Under the pieces are notes generated by a model. That model worked only from the letters and a program-made list of their open reading frames with translations. It was not told the DNA's origin and ran no database searches. A stretch of 64,000 bases of DNA from Haliotis cracherodii (lineage: Eukaryota). The translations under genes were made by a program, and so were the position numbers. Positions 63,353 to 64,000 of this stretch are shown in pieces. Position 1 is the stretch's first letter. Every line of letters begins with the position of its first letter. The stretch spans positions 53,072,001-53,136,000 of the forward strand of contig NW_027266297.1 in the NCBI RefSeq assembly GCF_022045235.1, given 5' to 3'.

Positions 63353-64000
63353 GTAGGTACAGATGAGGACAAGCTAAGGATCACATGCAACAACAGTAGC
63401 AGTCTATTTGTCTAAATGTTGGTTCATATTATCTTACCACTCTCTAACGTGGGAGGTAGTTTTAATTGATAATGTAAACATTGTTTGAAAACTTTCACAA
63501 TGTTTAAACATCAGTTATCCTTCGTACAAACATGCTACCAGTATCTGGTAATATTGCTGTTAACAGGGATATAAGGACATATATCAAGGCAGTGACAAAA
63601 CATTTCCTTATCATTTTATGTCATATTGACAAGGACAAAATTGGTAATATTCAAAGTCCAAATGGCAAGGTGTCAATAGTTGAAAATTGACAATAATTGC
63701 ATAGTTTTACATATTTAATGGTTTGTTACATAATTTGACAAAATGTCAACAAGAACTTTTTTGTAAGGGAAATATTGTTTGGTTGTTGTTAAATGCTGCA
63801 CTCAGCAATATTCCAGCTCTATGTAACAAAGCTATTTTGCGTAACACATCAAACTAGCAAACCAATGACCAAGACCAGACTGACTTATGCATTTCCTTTC
63901 TGTTATTGTTTCAAGGCCATGTTTTTTTGTACAGATACAAGATATTTAATAATAGGATAATAGAAGCTTGAATACATATCTCTATCCTGTTGTCATCGAT

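Overview
Repeat-rich animal (eukaryotic) genomic DNA. It is probably a mollusc such as abalone, inferred from the SINE families and gene types and not verifiable here. I can reconstruct four host genes, all on the + strand. (1) A three-exon secreted single-domain VWC (SVWC/Vago-like) protein at 22875-27161, which the ORF track only shows in fragments. (2) A single-coding-exon GT31 beta-1,3-galactosyltransferase-like gene at 35995-37260. (3) A multi-EGF (MEGF10/SCARF-like) gene whose signal peptide is split over a 25-nt coding segment, a 24-nt micro-exon and a large EGF exon (56031-57855). (4) The first coding exon of an Amun-like protein at 63219-63352. The rest is six minisatellite arrays, several tRNA-type SINEs, MITEs and foldback hairpins, four decayed Tc1 elements, an Academ-like remnant, four LINE remnants and a decayed Kolobok-like transposase with a KolX-like partner gene. 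One LINE is near full length and has a 2A ribosome-skipping motif in ORF1. Most ORF-track entries are spurious. There is no CRISPR array, rRNA or true tRNA gene. I found no clearly new biological system. The best leads are the Kolobok-like cassette, the 2A-bearing LINE, the hidden SVWC gene and the minisatellites built on transcription-factor motifs.
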